Part shown: positions 24,641-37,209 of the stretch, one piece after another | Layout: each line of letters starts with the position of its first letter | How positions within the stretch are numbered: the stretch's first letter is position 1 | Assembly (NCBI RefSeq): GCF_001194135.2 | Contig: NC_068985.1 | Location: 79,233,248 to 79,294,788 of the forward strand | DNA: 61,541 nt | From: Octopus bimaculoides | Taxonomy: Eukaryota | Reading direction: 5' to 3' | Program-made: the position numbers and the translations under genes | Notes under the pieces: generated by a model | Told to the model about the DNA's origin: nothing | Databases searched by the model: none | What the model saw: the letters and a program-made list of their open reading frames with translations, nothing else

Positions 24641-26829
24641 TTCCGGATTAATATCTGTTGTAGTTTTCTTATTATATATCAAACCTTGTAAAAACTTATA
24701 ATGATATTAATGCTGAGGTTAAAGTCGTGAGTTGAAAAATACGCTTCGTTAACGGTAGAATAACTCGCTAAATGAGTTTTACACCACAGTTAAGGATCAA
24801 GCGTTGATTTCAAAATTGACATTAGGTGCTTAGTAATTAAATCAAATAAAACAAGTCGGACTAATTTGTTGAAAGATTACTAGGAAGATTAATTATAAAG
24901 TTAAGAAATTGTGAAATTTACATAGTTATCGAAAAGCTTGAAACATTAGACAATCATATATCTAAATTTAGATTTTAGGTACTGGATATAATTAACTTTT
25001 ATAACACATTCACTTAATATGTAATGAGAATAAAACAAAACGACATTACTATATAGATGAGATTGACCTAGAGATATTCGTACATGCCAGGGAAACTTAG
25101 ACCTCCGATAAAATCTCTGAACTTGTGAAAAAGATCTGACACTGTAGGAAGCTGTAATGTACAGGTCGTTCGTCTGTCGGCCCAAATATACAGAACATTC
25201 TGAAAGGAATATTCAAGTGTAATTTTGGGGCGACGGCGAAGCCCTGCTTACTTATGCGAAGAGCATTACATTAGGTGAATATAGAAGGTAACTTAGTACT
25301 TTCAACTAAGTAAGATTGAAATCAATATAAAACACCAGCAGTAAGACGCGCACGCGTACGTGATAAAGGCGAAAGTTTTGGATAGGGAAAGTTTTGAGGT
25401 CAATTATAGAATTGCTGTCAATTGGTTGCTCAGTAAGCTTTGAATAACTTGAGAAGTTAAAGAATGTGGCGGGGAACAAAGGAGTAGTAGTATAAGGGAT
25501 GGATTGAGTTGTTGCCATCTGAGAAGAAAAAGGAAAAGAGAGAGATGGGGAGATGACGTAATAGAGAGAGAAAGAGAGCGAGAGAGAAAGAGAGCGAGAG
25601 AGAAAGAGAGCGAGAGAGAAAGAGGACAGTATTGTTTGAAGGAAATACATAGGAAAGCTTGTCAAAGTAGTTTTTAAGGCGAGAAGAGAGAGAAGGGGAG
25701 AGAGTGAGAGAGAGAGAAAAAAGGGAGAAAGAGAGGAGGTCAAGAAGAAATCGTTATCGAAATACATAAATATATAGGGAAATCAATAGGTATCTAATAA
25801 TCTCTACTCTCGGCACAAGGCCTGATTAAGAAGTCTAATAATGAGCTGTTTTTAAGTTGGTGGTAATTATAATTGCCATCGTCATGATCTTCACCTTCCC
25901 CTTCTCCAGCTTCCACTTCTTATCATCTTGATCGTCGTCATCATGCAATTGAGAATAATGAACCATTAGATTGAGAATAGCTATAAAATTTAAAATCAAG
26001 TGAAAATAGATTAATGAAAAAAGTTTAATGTATGAAAAATTAATCATAAACTCTTAAATACGGAATGATATTAAAGTCAATTTCCATTGATATTAAAATT
26101 AAGGAAAATGGTTTAAAAGTCATATTCAAATTAAATCTCTATTTAATAAAATTGAACCAATAAAAGATTTAAAGGGTTGAGAAATTAACACACCGAAGCA
26201 GACTTATAAATTTTAATCTAAATTTAAAACGTTTAATTATTTTTTAACGTATTTTGTTTAGTGATAAACGGAGAATAAAAATGGAAACCGAAATTCTATG
26301 TTAAAAAACTGATTTTAATTAACAAATATTATAAAGACTATTATTCAGCTAATGAACAATGTGTAACATATGACATAACTCTGTTTTAATATTGATGAAG
26401 TGATTGAAGCCATGTATATAAGAGCGTGATAGGATAAAGATGATAGAAATAAAAGCGACAGCACTGAAGCAAACTATTAATACATTATTAAATTAATAAA
26501 CGTAACATAAACAGAACGAAATGTAATTTGCACTAAAACTTTTTATTAAAGATTTTTTTAAGGTATGTGACCTAATGTTAAACAGAAAAGTATAGTGTGT
26601 ACGAGGGTAATGGTAGTAATTTCAACAATAAAGTTCGCCAATATTAAAAGCTATAAATTGTATGCTGTAAAATAGTGCAAGGCGACGGAGAAGGAGGGAC
26701 CATGAGAAGAAGCCTAGTGGATTTACAACGACGTGAGAAAAATACAAGCATGGTGGATGGGACGAGGTGGCGGATAAACATAGAATAGTTAAAGGATGAT
26801 AACTGCCTTATAAAAGGAAATATATTAAT

Positions 26830-28000
26830 TAAAATTGGTGCATAATAAAGAGTATACTAACTGTCCATTAGTGGTATGAGTAATTAATAGGTTTAAAATG
26901 TTTTTACGTCTTAGAACATACAGTACATGCATGGTAGACAACATTTGGAATGGTACCTTCAGAAGGAGAATTCTGGAAATGAGAATTTCCAGGCTTTCTG
27001 TTTTATACATTGCACAGTTTCTTATTACTTTTGTATTACCCATGGCTTCTCGTATGTAGGAGACTAGTTTACATTGATCTATAGGGATTCCTAAAGATGT
27101 CGGTGTGGGAGTAGTAACTTTGCTTGAAATGTCTCGATGCCGTACCAGTATAAATCTTCGGTGTATAATTTGTCTACACAGCGCAGTGACAAACAATGTC
27201 TTTAGTTAAACATTGTTAGACTGCAAGACATGGGCCAGAGTCGAGGCAGTGACGTTGTTTGCTAGAGCAGTGTTTTTATTGTTTGTTTAGTTTAGATATG
27301 ATGGAGTTGACAATGTTATGGTCAACACTTGGGCTAGTTGAGCACAATAAAGCTTTTGATAAAATAAGTAGTGTCTCTGCTGATTGGAAAAGAGACAAGG
27401 ATTGAGACGAATAGTTTTTGGAGTTGCTACTGCTGAGTTGAAGGGTGTGATACACTAGATAGTATGTGTACGTCTATTGCAGTTTGAGGTTTTAGGTGGA
27501 GATTCTATATGTTAACTTGTTCTTAAAATCAGTTCTAGATAGGCTACTATTATACATTTGGGAAGAGTTCTTAAAGATTTGTTCATTGTATGAAAACCTG
27601 ATGGATATGTTATAGCTAAGCATCTTATGAAGTTCTAAGAATTGTTTGAGAGTAAGCAGATATAATATAGGGATTCATTGGGTTGTGGAATGCATTTAGA
27701 TCTACAGTATATAAATGTTAGCACGGATAAGGATGGCGGATAAGGATGGTGTCAGCAATGATATGCAATCCAACTTTCTTGAAGAAGTTTTTCTGTAACT
27801 TTTTCCGTTCTTTTTGGTTTGCATTTGTATAGAGTATATTGTCCCAGTGTCTTCTAACGATGCATGTAAAAGTAAATTCTAAGGTGGTTTTGCAGATATG
27901 GGCCGATAATGTAGATCACCGAACTACTAATCATCAAAGCGCTAGAATTTTCTAGAGGTACAGGTAACCAATATTATTCTCCAGGCACAGCACCATCTCG
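26830..28000 (-). mobile_element. Decayed Penelope-like element (Neptune-type), RT C-terminus plus start of GIY-YIG
   Basis: Minus-strand pieces SYNEQIFKNSSQMYNSSLSRTDFKNKLTYR (~27520-27590) and CNV*NRK...IPNVVYHAC (~26925-27020) match the PLE RT thumb and the pre-GIY cysteine region. Confidence 0.6.
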
Positions 28001-28915
28001 TCTGCTGTAACAAATCTAATTGGACAAATGACAATTGCAATACTTCTTCGATGTCAGCATGAATTTCTAAAGGTCAACGACCTCATTATTCTAATAATGT
28101 AACACCACATTGGGATTCACTTCACAGTCATTAGTGAAGGATTATGTCTAGATGGTGGACTATTGACTCTCAGCTTCAACGTTTTAATCTCTTAATCCTT
28201 TAAATCTTTCAGTCGTTTAGTACTATTATTAAGAAATAATCATTCTTGAATTAATTTGTATAATATGACCTTTAAATTGTTCTTCCCTGAACTTTAATAA
28301 CATTGCAGTGATTCTTAAGTGTTTATTAGTATTAATATGTTAGAATTTTCTCTTCGGAGCATTTTTCATAAAATTCAAATTATATAGCTATTATCAATTT
28401 AATGGTTCAGTATTCTTCAACGATGTTGGCAAGTATAATTGCTACTAACTTAATAACACTTCATTCTTTTGCTCTTATAGTTATTGATTTATTTACTTCC
28501 ATTTACTTAATTATTTATCTATCAATTTACTTATTTATTTGTTTGTTTGTTTGTCTATTTATTTTAGCTACATTTCATTCGCCCTCTTCACACGTCTCAC
28601 TTTTCTTAAAATCTGATCTAATTCAGTGACAATAAAAAAAGTCTCACTCTCTATTTCATCCAAAGAGTACTCTCCTTTATCTGACCTTCTCTATTGGGCA
28701 GCCAACTACGTTCCATCTGTCTGTAATAATTCCTGCGTATCCATTATTATTATGGCCGGGTTCCAACCCAGGCCAATTTTGGCTTTCACCAGTCGACCAG
28801 ATTTAATATGATGTTTGTGAATATAAAACTATGTATGTATGTATGTATGTATGTATGTATATATGTATGTATGTATATGTGTATGTTTGTATGTATATAT
28901 ACATACATGTATATA

Positions 28916-30147
28916 TCAGGTTGGTGCAAAGGTAATGGACGATTTTTTAGAAAACTATTTTAGATAGTATTTTTTAAAATTGTGCCTCTCGCAATGTTTT
29001 AAGTATGTCACAATGAGTAATTCATACATTTTTCTCTCAGATTCTAATTGTATTGGGCATAACCTTCTTCTGTATTGGCACCCATGTTCGTCCCATCTAA
29101 AGAACGCAGAAGACATGTTTTACTATGAGTTTCATAACGACGTCACTGCAAGCACAGCAGCAAAGTCTCTGAGAGTTCATGGGGACGATGTAGTGAGTGA
29201 AAGAAGTTGCAGGAGATGGTTTTTGTCGCTTCAGAAGTGGGGATTTGAGTTAGAAAGAAGAACCAAAACGACTTCATACCGAAGAGTTGGAAGCTGTTGT
29301 TACAGAAAATCCAACCGCTACTTGTAGAGAACTTGGAGAATAGTTTAACGTAGCCCATAAAACTGTTCTACGCCAACTGAAAAGGATCGGAAAGGTTTCA
29401 GTGGTTGGAAAAAGGGTTCCGCATGAACTGTCTCCAGAGAATCTGCAACAGCATGCTTTTGTCAGTCATTGCTTTCAGGACACCTTAGGGAACCATTTTT
29501 AGAAAGGCTTATTACAGATGATGAGAAATGGATCTTTTACCATAAACGCCGCGTTACCATAACGTTAAACATCGAGGAGGAAGACCTGTTCAATAACCAC
29601 GAGGAGGACTTCATCGTAGGAAGATCATGTTGAGTATATGGTGGGATATTGAAGAAAGTGTGCATTACGAACTGTTAGACAACAAACAATTATTGCTAAT
29701 CTCTTCTGTGATCAACTTCATCGTTTGAAAGCTGCTTTGGACAGAAAGTGACTCTTCTTAGCCAACAGAAAGGGTATCATCTTCTATCATGATAATGTTC
29801 CTCCTCACACAGCTCGGCAGACGAAAGATCTCTTGGGAAATATTGCTTCATTCTCCATATTCTCCAAACCTTGCTCCTTCTGATTATCACTTGTTTGGAT
29901 GATTACAAAACCATTTGAATGGTCTTGCGTTGACATCAAGAGAAGAGGTTGAAAATGAGTTGGATTCATATTTCGCATCAAACTTAAAGTATTTTTACAA
30001 GCGTGACATTTATAAGCTTGTTGACAGATGGAATGAAGTTCTAGAAAGCAATGGAAATTACGTTAACGAATAAATATTGTCTGAATGATGGGCTTTTCAT
30101 TTTTAATAGAGACCTTAGAATCGGCCATTACCTTAATACCAACCTGA
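28916..30147 (+). mobile_element. Near full-length mariner transposon (DD34D), inactivated
   Basis: 29-bp TIRs tcaggttggt..aaggtaatgg.cgatt (25/29). Motifs VPHEL, ITDDEKWIFY, HDNVPPH and PYSPNLAPSDYHLF; several stops and frameshifts. Confidence 0.97.
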
Positions 30148-31506
30148 TGTATGTATGTATGTATGTATGTATGTATAAAATTTATTTCACTTCAATCTTT
30201 GCGCTAATTGTAATTGTAATAATCCAATACAACTTGTCGCATTGTCGGGTCGTCAGCGACTACATCGACAAACCTACATAGTCTGCACATCCTGCTTGAC
30301 GGAAAAAAAAAACAATCTGACGAAGGACGGATGAACTCAATAGAAACAACGGCTATTAAACAGGTGGAAGTGAGAGACCTCTAATCTTTGTTTGGACATC
30401 TCTCTAGGTAAAGGAAATTCCAATATGACAACCACTTCATTGGGAGATCGGAGGCCTTCCTCTTGCTTGTTTCTGAACTACTCTGTAAGTGAGAGTCATA
30501 ACGATGTTTTGTAAGCTGTTATTGATTTTAAATTTCCTCATGGGAATTGCTGACAGCTATAGTCTATAACATTCAGGATAAGATAATTTGTCAGTGATGG
30601 TCATACTTGCCTACGAGTTAACAGCTACCACGTTTATATATATATAAAGATATATATATATATATATATACATACTTATACATACATACATATATATAAA
30701 AATTGTATATATATGAATATATATATGTATATATATATATATANNNNNNNNNNNNNNNNNNNNNNNNNNNNNNNNNNNNNNNNNNNNNNNNNNNNNNNNN
30801 NNNNNNNNNNNNNNNNNNNNNNNNNNNNNNNNNNNNNNNNNNNNNNNNNNNNNNNNNNNNNNNNNNNNNNNNNNNNNNNNNNNNNNNNNNNNNNNNNNNN
30901 NNNNNNNNNNNNNNNNNNNNNNNNNNNNNNNNNNNNNNNNNNNNNNNNNNNNNNNNNNNNNNNNNNNNNNNNNNNNNNNNNNNNNNNNNNNNNNNNNNNN
31001 NNNNNNNNNNNNNNNNNNNNNNNNNNNNNNNNNNNNNNNNNNNNNNNNNNNNNNNNNNNNNNNNNNNNNNNNNNNNNNNNNNNNNNNNNNNNNNNNNNNN
31101 NNNNNNNNNNNNNNNNNNNNNNNNNNNNNNNNNNNNNNNNNNNNNNNNNNNNNNNNNNNNNNNNNNNNNNNNNNNNNNNNNNNNNNNNNNNNNNNNNNNN
31201 NNNNNNNNNNNNNNNNNNNNNNNNNNNNNNNNNNNNNNNNNNNNNNNNNNNNNNNNNNNNNNNNNNNNNNNNNNNNNNNNNNNNNNNNNNNNNNNNNNNN
31301 NNNNNNNNNNNNNNNNNNNNNNNNNNNNNNNNNNNNNNNNNNNNNNNNNNNNNNNNNNNNNNNNNNNNNNNNNNNNNNNNNNNNNNNNNNNNNNNNNNNN
31401 NNNNNNNNNNNNNNNNNNNNNNNNNNNNNNNNNNNNNNNNNNNNNNNNNNNNNNNNNNNNNNNNNNNNNNNNNNNNNNNNNNNNNNNNNNNNNNNNNNNN
31501 NNNNNN

Positions 31507-31574
<68 letters not shown>

Positions 31575-31616
31575 TATAGGCATGTACATATATACATATA
31601 TGATCATATATACATG

Positions 31617-32500
31617 TACAGGGTATATATGGGTCACAGGGCATTTTGGGTCACTGCTGCAATTTTTGCTAACTCTGTATAATCTGTGTTTCAGAAAATA
31701 TTAATGGCAGACACTCACCTTACTTAACAAATGAAGAGGCATGCTGTTATTGTGGTTATAAAGGCTGAGCATAGCGATTTAGAAATATCTCGATTTTTAA
31801 AAGTTGACAGATCTTTCGTCTACAGAGTTTGTAAGGAACTAAAGACTGATGATGGAATCGTATCACTTGTATCAAAGCATAAAAAGCATTCTAAACGATC
31901 TGAAATCATCAGAACACCTGAATTTATCAAGTAAGTTCAACAGACCATTGATCACAATCCCAGAAAATCCATGAGGTCAATTGCAAAAGATCTCCATATG
32001 TCAGAGGGAACAGTCAGAAATGTCGTCCACGAAGACATCAGATATGACTTATATGATGAGGAAGTTCAAGGTTTAACAATCATTTTCAGGAACTCAATGT
32101 AGGCGACAGAGTTAACTCTAAGGCTTTATGTTAGAGAAAGCAAAAGAAAATCACTACATCAGATCTAAAAGTCTCTTAAACGAACCGAAAAATTCAGCAG
32201 AAGATTTGATTTGGTTTTTCTCATACGAGAAAAAACTTCGACCAAGATTAAAATGTTTACAGAATAAATGACAGATGGTTATACGCAGACCCTTTTGAAG
32301 TTCCAAGTGTTATGCATACAAAATTTCCAGCAACTGTTTTGGTTTTAGGGGTTGTCAGCAATGAAAGAGATGTGATGCCTCCTTACTTCTTTCCACAAGG
32401 CCTTAGAGTTAATTCTGCCGCCTACATTGAGTTCCTGGAAATAATTGTTAAGCCTTGGCTAGACAGTGCATGCAATGGAAGGCCATATGCGTTTCAGTAA
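31617..32500 (+). mobile_element. maT/DD37D-like transposon, 5' two-thirds
   Basis: Starts ta|cagggt. ORFs MKRHAVIVVIKAEHSDLEISRFLKVDRSFVYRVCKEL and HTKFPATVLVLGVVSNERDVMPPYFFPQGLRVNSAAYIEFLEIIVKPWL..GRPYAFQ. Confidence 0.9.
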
Positions 32501-32578
32501 GACTCTGCACTACCACACTACAATATACACACACGCGCACACACATATATATATGTGTGCGCGTGTGTGTATATTTTT

Positions 32579-32610
<32 letters not shown>

Positions 32611-32883
32611 NNNNNNNNNNATACAAAAAATATACACACACGCGCACACACACGCACACGGACACACACATACAGACACACATAAACACACACGCGCATA
32701 CACACATACACACACGCGCACATACAAAATACACACGTACACGTACACGTGCCCAACACCTACAACCCCACACAAACACACACACGAACACACACATACT
32801 CAAAAACCGCCTGCTGACCTACCACTTACCATTGTCCATAAGCATCCACTAACTATTCCTGCTACTAATTCCTTCCACTACGT

Positions 32884-32917
<34 letters not shown>

Positions 32918-33129
32918 TACACACTAACAGATAAACCANNNNNNNNNNNNNNNNNNNNNNNNNNNNNNNNNNNNNNNNNNNNNNNNNNNNNNNNNNNNNN
33001 NNNNNNNNNNNNNNNNNNNNNNNACACACACACACACATACATACGCACACACACGTTCTGTTATCCCACACACACTCGCAGACTCTCGCGCACGCACAG
33101 ATATTCATCTCCCTTTTTCACTCTCCTGT

Positions 33130-33360
33130 CTTAGAAAGAACTTTTCCCCCACCACCTCCTCTTCCGGTCCTTTCACAGTGTAACCTTGTGGGCATCGGTA
33201 CCATTTTCCTCTTCCTCCGTTTTTCCATTCTCCGAACTTTCCATCTTTCCGACGAAGAGATCTGCCCGAAACGTCATATACTCTCTCTTTCCTTTCCCGA
33301 GCGTCCAATAACACTATCCGTATCACGTCCTCACTTTGTTGTTTTTTTGTTATTGTTTTT
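33130..33360 (+). mobile_element. Short interspersed repeat with a degenerate hammerhead-like core
   Basis: ccgacga-agag-atctg-ccc-gaaac-gtc at 33249-33275, with core substitutions relative to CUGANGA...GAAAC-GUH. Confidence 0.4.
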
Positions 33361-33687
33361 TGTGTTTGTTTGAACCTATATATATATATATATATATATA
33401 CAGACACACACACACACGCACATATATGTATGTGTGTGTGTAATATATATATATAAGTTTATGCTTATTTCCTTGTATGGATGTAATAATTTAAATTAAT
33501 CTTTTTCTGTTTATTTCTTTCACATAGATATTGGTCATAGTGTAAACTAATTGCTAATTAGTTGCAGGCACTTTCAGTTAATAAAATCGCTGATTAGGCT
33601 ATTAAGGTATTATTGTGGATTTCGCAGGAGTCTAATTACCACACAGAATGCTGCACACACGCATTCCTCTTTCTGTCTATCTGTCTG

Positions 33688-33769
<82 letters not shown>

Positions 33770-34008
33770 CGTCTATCTATCTATCTATCTGTCTGTCTGT
33801 CTATCTATCTATCTGTCTGTCTGTCTGTCTGTCTGACTGACTCTGTCTATGTATGTATGTATGTATGTATGTATGTATGTATGTATCTATCTATCTATAT
33901 ATATCTGTCTGTTTTCTGCCTGCCTATCTGTCTGTCTGTCTGTCTCTCTGTCTGCCTATCTATACATGTATACATATGATACATGCATATACCGCCATGT
34001 ATATACAT

Positions 34009-34097
<89 letters not shown>

Positions 34098-34832
34098 TGC
34101 ATAGAAAGAGATTCACTGCGGCACACACGTAGAAAGTATCTCCTTCCATCAACCCTGGAGCGATTTGTCAAAAAAAGAAAAAGAAAAAAAAAGCAGAACT
34201 AAGATGATGGAGATTATATGATCTTGTTTGAATTTATTATCATGTATGGAAATAATGTCGGTATGGGAGAAACAAGATTCACTATCACCAACATCCATGT
34301 TCTACAAATTCACAAATACGTATACACAATCACAACAGCATACTAAGGCATACATACATACATACATACATACATACATACATACATGAGTGCGTGCGTA
34401 CGTACACAAACGCCGTCATGTTAATAGGCGAGATCATAAACATGTACAGTGTGGGAAAAAAAATCAAGACGATATCCTGGAATAGAACAATTTTAAGAAT
34501 CTACTGAAGAGACCAGCTTATTCTAGTCTCCGTGGCGTCAAAAGTTATTACGTCATGAGAATAGAATAAATGACAATCTGAAGTGGGGCGAGGTGACGTC
34601 GGGTTGTATGTGGACTGATACTATAAATAGAAAAAAGCTTGGATCTGTGTGTGAGTAACTATGAATATGTATGGGTGCATGTATATGTGTGTGTGTGTGA
34701 GTGTGTCTATGTACGTGTATGTGTGGTAAACGAAATAAAGAGACGGGAAAATGTCGCACAAATATGTCACAATTTTGGTTGAGTATAAGAATCCCGGTAA
34801 CAAAACTAAAATATTACCTTGTATTACTCCTC

Positions 34833-35637
34833 TTTGAATATGTTTTGGAACATATTTGACCAGTACGAAGACCGCATACACTGCTAGATTTGCCGAGGAG
34901 AAACTTTCTCGCGTTACTCAAGAGGTATTGAAAGTCACCAACAGTCATTTCATATTCAGTGCCCCTCATGCACTGCTCCCGGCAGAAAAGTACATGGGGG
35001 GGGGGGCTAGCGTCATGCATGATCAGTTCATCTTCTGCTGCTGATATACCATAACGACATACATGTTTTAGAAGTCACCTCAGACACTGGGATGGCTGTG
35101 TGGTCAGAAGTTTGATTCCCAACCACATTGTTCCGGGGTAGGTTCCACTGCGTGGCACCTTGGGCAAATATCTTCTACTACTCTAGCTTCGAGCCGACCA
35201 AAGCGTTGTCATAGGATTTTGNNNNNNNNNNNNNNNNNNNNNNNNNNNNNNNNNNNNNNNNNNNNNNNNNNNNNNNNNNNNNNNNNNNNNNNNNNNNNNN
35301 NNNNNNNNNNNNNNNNNNNNNNNNNNNNNNNNNNNNNNNNNNNNNNNNNNNNNNNNNNNNNNNNNNNNNNNNNNNNNNNNNNNNNNNNNNNNNNNNNNNN
35401 NNNNNNNNNNNNNNNNNNNNNNNNNNNNNNNNNNNNNNNNNNNNNNNNNNNNNNNNNNNNNNNNNNNNNNNNNNNNNNNNNNNNNNNNNNNNNNNNNNNN
35501 NNNNNNNNNNNNNNNNNNNNNNNNNNNNNNNNNNNNNNNNNNNNNNNNNNNNNNNNNNNNNNNNNNNNNNNNNNNNNNNNNNNNNNNNNNNNNNNNNNNN
35601 NNNNNNNNNNNNNNNNNNNNNNNNNNNNNNNNNNNNN

Positions 35638-35674
<37 letters not shown>

Positions 35675-35695
35675 TTATGTATGTATGTACACACA

Positions 35696-35749
<54 letters not shown>

Positions 35750-35983
35750 AACATTACTATTTCTAAATCTCTCAGACAAAAGGTTCTCTCTCTTACAGTA
35801 GTCGGTGATAATAATTGTCAAGAAGCTGGTAATGCATTTACCTTTCTGCCGAAGGAAGTCGCGTTCAAATGACTGTTGGTGTTTTTCAATACCTATTACT
35901 TAAAGCGGAAAAGGTTGTCCACAGCAATTTACTAGTGAATACGACCTTTCTACAGGTCAAATATGTCTCAGATATATTTGAAC
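34833..35983. repeat. Old inverted duplication, arms ~34833-34996 and ~35835-35983
   Basis: Exact shared blocks in inverted orientation: aaatgactgttggtg (34936-34950 vs 35867-35881), ttcaatacct, ggtcaaatatgt, tttctgccg. Confidence 0.8.
35088..35221 (+). mobile_element. SINE family D, 5' part (cut by gap)
   Basis: ggatggctgtgtggtcagaag...ggttccactgcgtggcaccttgggcaa...gccgaccaaagc matches 50055-50180. Confidence 0.85.
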
Positions 35984-36315
35984 TGATCTAGAGTTTGTTC
36001 ATTCGCATCACTGCTTCCGTGCGGCTACTACAGCATACACATTTTAGGTGAAATACCATAAATAATGGTTACATTTTTATCTTTGAATCAGAAGGAAACA
36101 ACTATATCTCTGAACCTTTGAAGGGTTTCCAAGACTGATGGGAGAGAGTTAGGAATGTATTCCTAAAACGAAGATCTGGTAAACTCTTGTTACCAAGTAG
36201 ACTTTGCTAATGGTTGCCAAAGACAACGTTGTCGTGTTAAACTAGGTGACGAATTCAGTAGGTATAACATGATTTGAACTCAGAATGCAAAAGAGTAGAA
36301 CAGAAACTCTTCTCA

Positions 36316-37207
36316 CTAGTTCATCTGTCCAAACTAGCATTTATTGTTATCGACTCTGGAAGTGAAGAAAGTACAATTTAATTCAGACGGATTTGAACTC
36401 AGAACGCATGACACTCCAATATGTTCCGCAAGTAATTTCGTCCAATGCTCTAACAACTCTGCTAATTTGCGTAATGCTTTAACGACTCTGCTAATTCTCC
36501 CACTTAATTAAACAAATGAGTCGCTTAACAAATGGTAATGCATGACTTGCACTCAATTACAATTGAATTTATATAACGGTATTACAATGTATGAGAAATG
36601 CAATACTAATCCCGTTTGATGGCTACGACATCAAAATATTATGGTTTAAGATGTGGTTTGTTTGATAGCCACTACATCAAAATTTTATGATTTGCGGTGT
36701 GATCTATTTGATGGCAACGACGTCAAAATTTTATGAATTGATATGAGGTCTGTTTGATAGCTGAGACATCAAATTTTTTTATTGAGGTCTGGTCTGTTTG
36801 ATGATCTGTTTGAAGGAAACAAATTACAGTAATAAATAGTGGGGAAAATATCACAAAAAATGGTTATAAGAAATGTTCTGTCAAACGGTTTGTTTTTTGT
36901 TGGATTTTTTTTGTGAATTTATTTATGCTATTAAATCAATCGCGATCAGTATTGCTTTTCCCATACATTGTAATGTCGATATATAAATTCAATTGTAATT
37001 GAGTACAAGTCATGCATTACCATTTATTAAGTGACTCATAAATGATATTTGTTTAATTAGCTGAGTCGTTAGAGCATTGGACGAAATTACTTGCGGAATA
37101 TATTCGAGCAACTTGCGTTCTGAGTTCAAAACATTCCGAAATTAAACTGTATCTTCTTCACTTCTAGAGTCGATAAAAATAATAACTAGTCTAGGCAAGT
37201 GAACTAG
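36316..37207. repeat. Long inverted duplication, arms 36316-36614 and 36941-37207
   Basis: Arms align over ~270 bp (e.g. gcaagtaatttcgtccaatgctctaac, aatggtaatgcatgacttg.actcaattacaattgaatttatat); each arm includes a SINE family A remnant. Confidence 0.92.
36612..36815. repeat. 46-bp satellite, ~4 units inside the inverted-repeat spacer
   Basis: Same unit and orientation as 37210-39245. Confidence 0.85.
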
Positions 37208-37209
37208 CG

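Noticed and set aside
30317-30347. CTGACGA...GAAAC
   Set aside because: No convincing stem II and no NUH triplet after GAAAC.
34814-35044. ORFs 34814-35020 and 34856-35044 as exons
   Set aside because: They lie in one arm of the inverted duplication, the other arm does not preserve the frame, and there is no recognisable homology.
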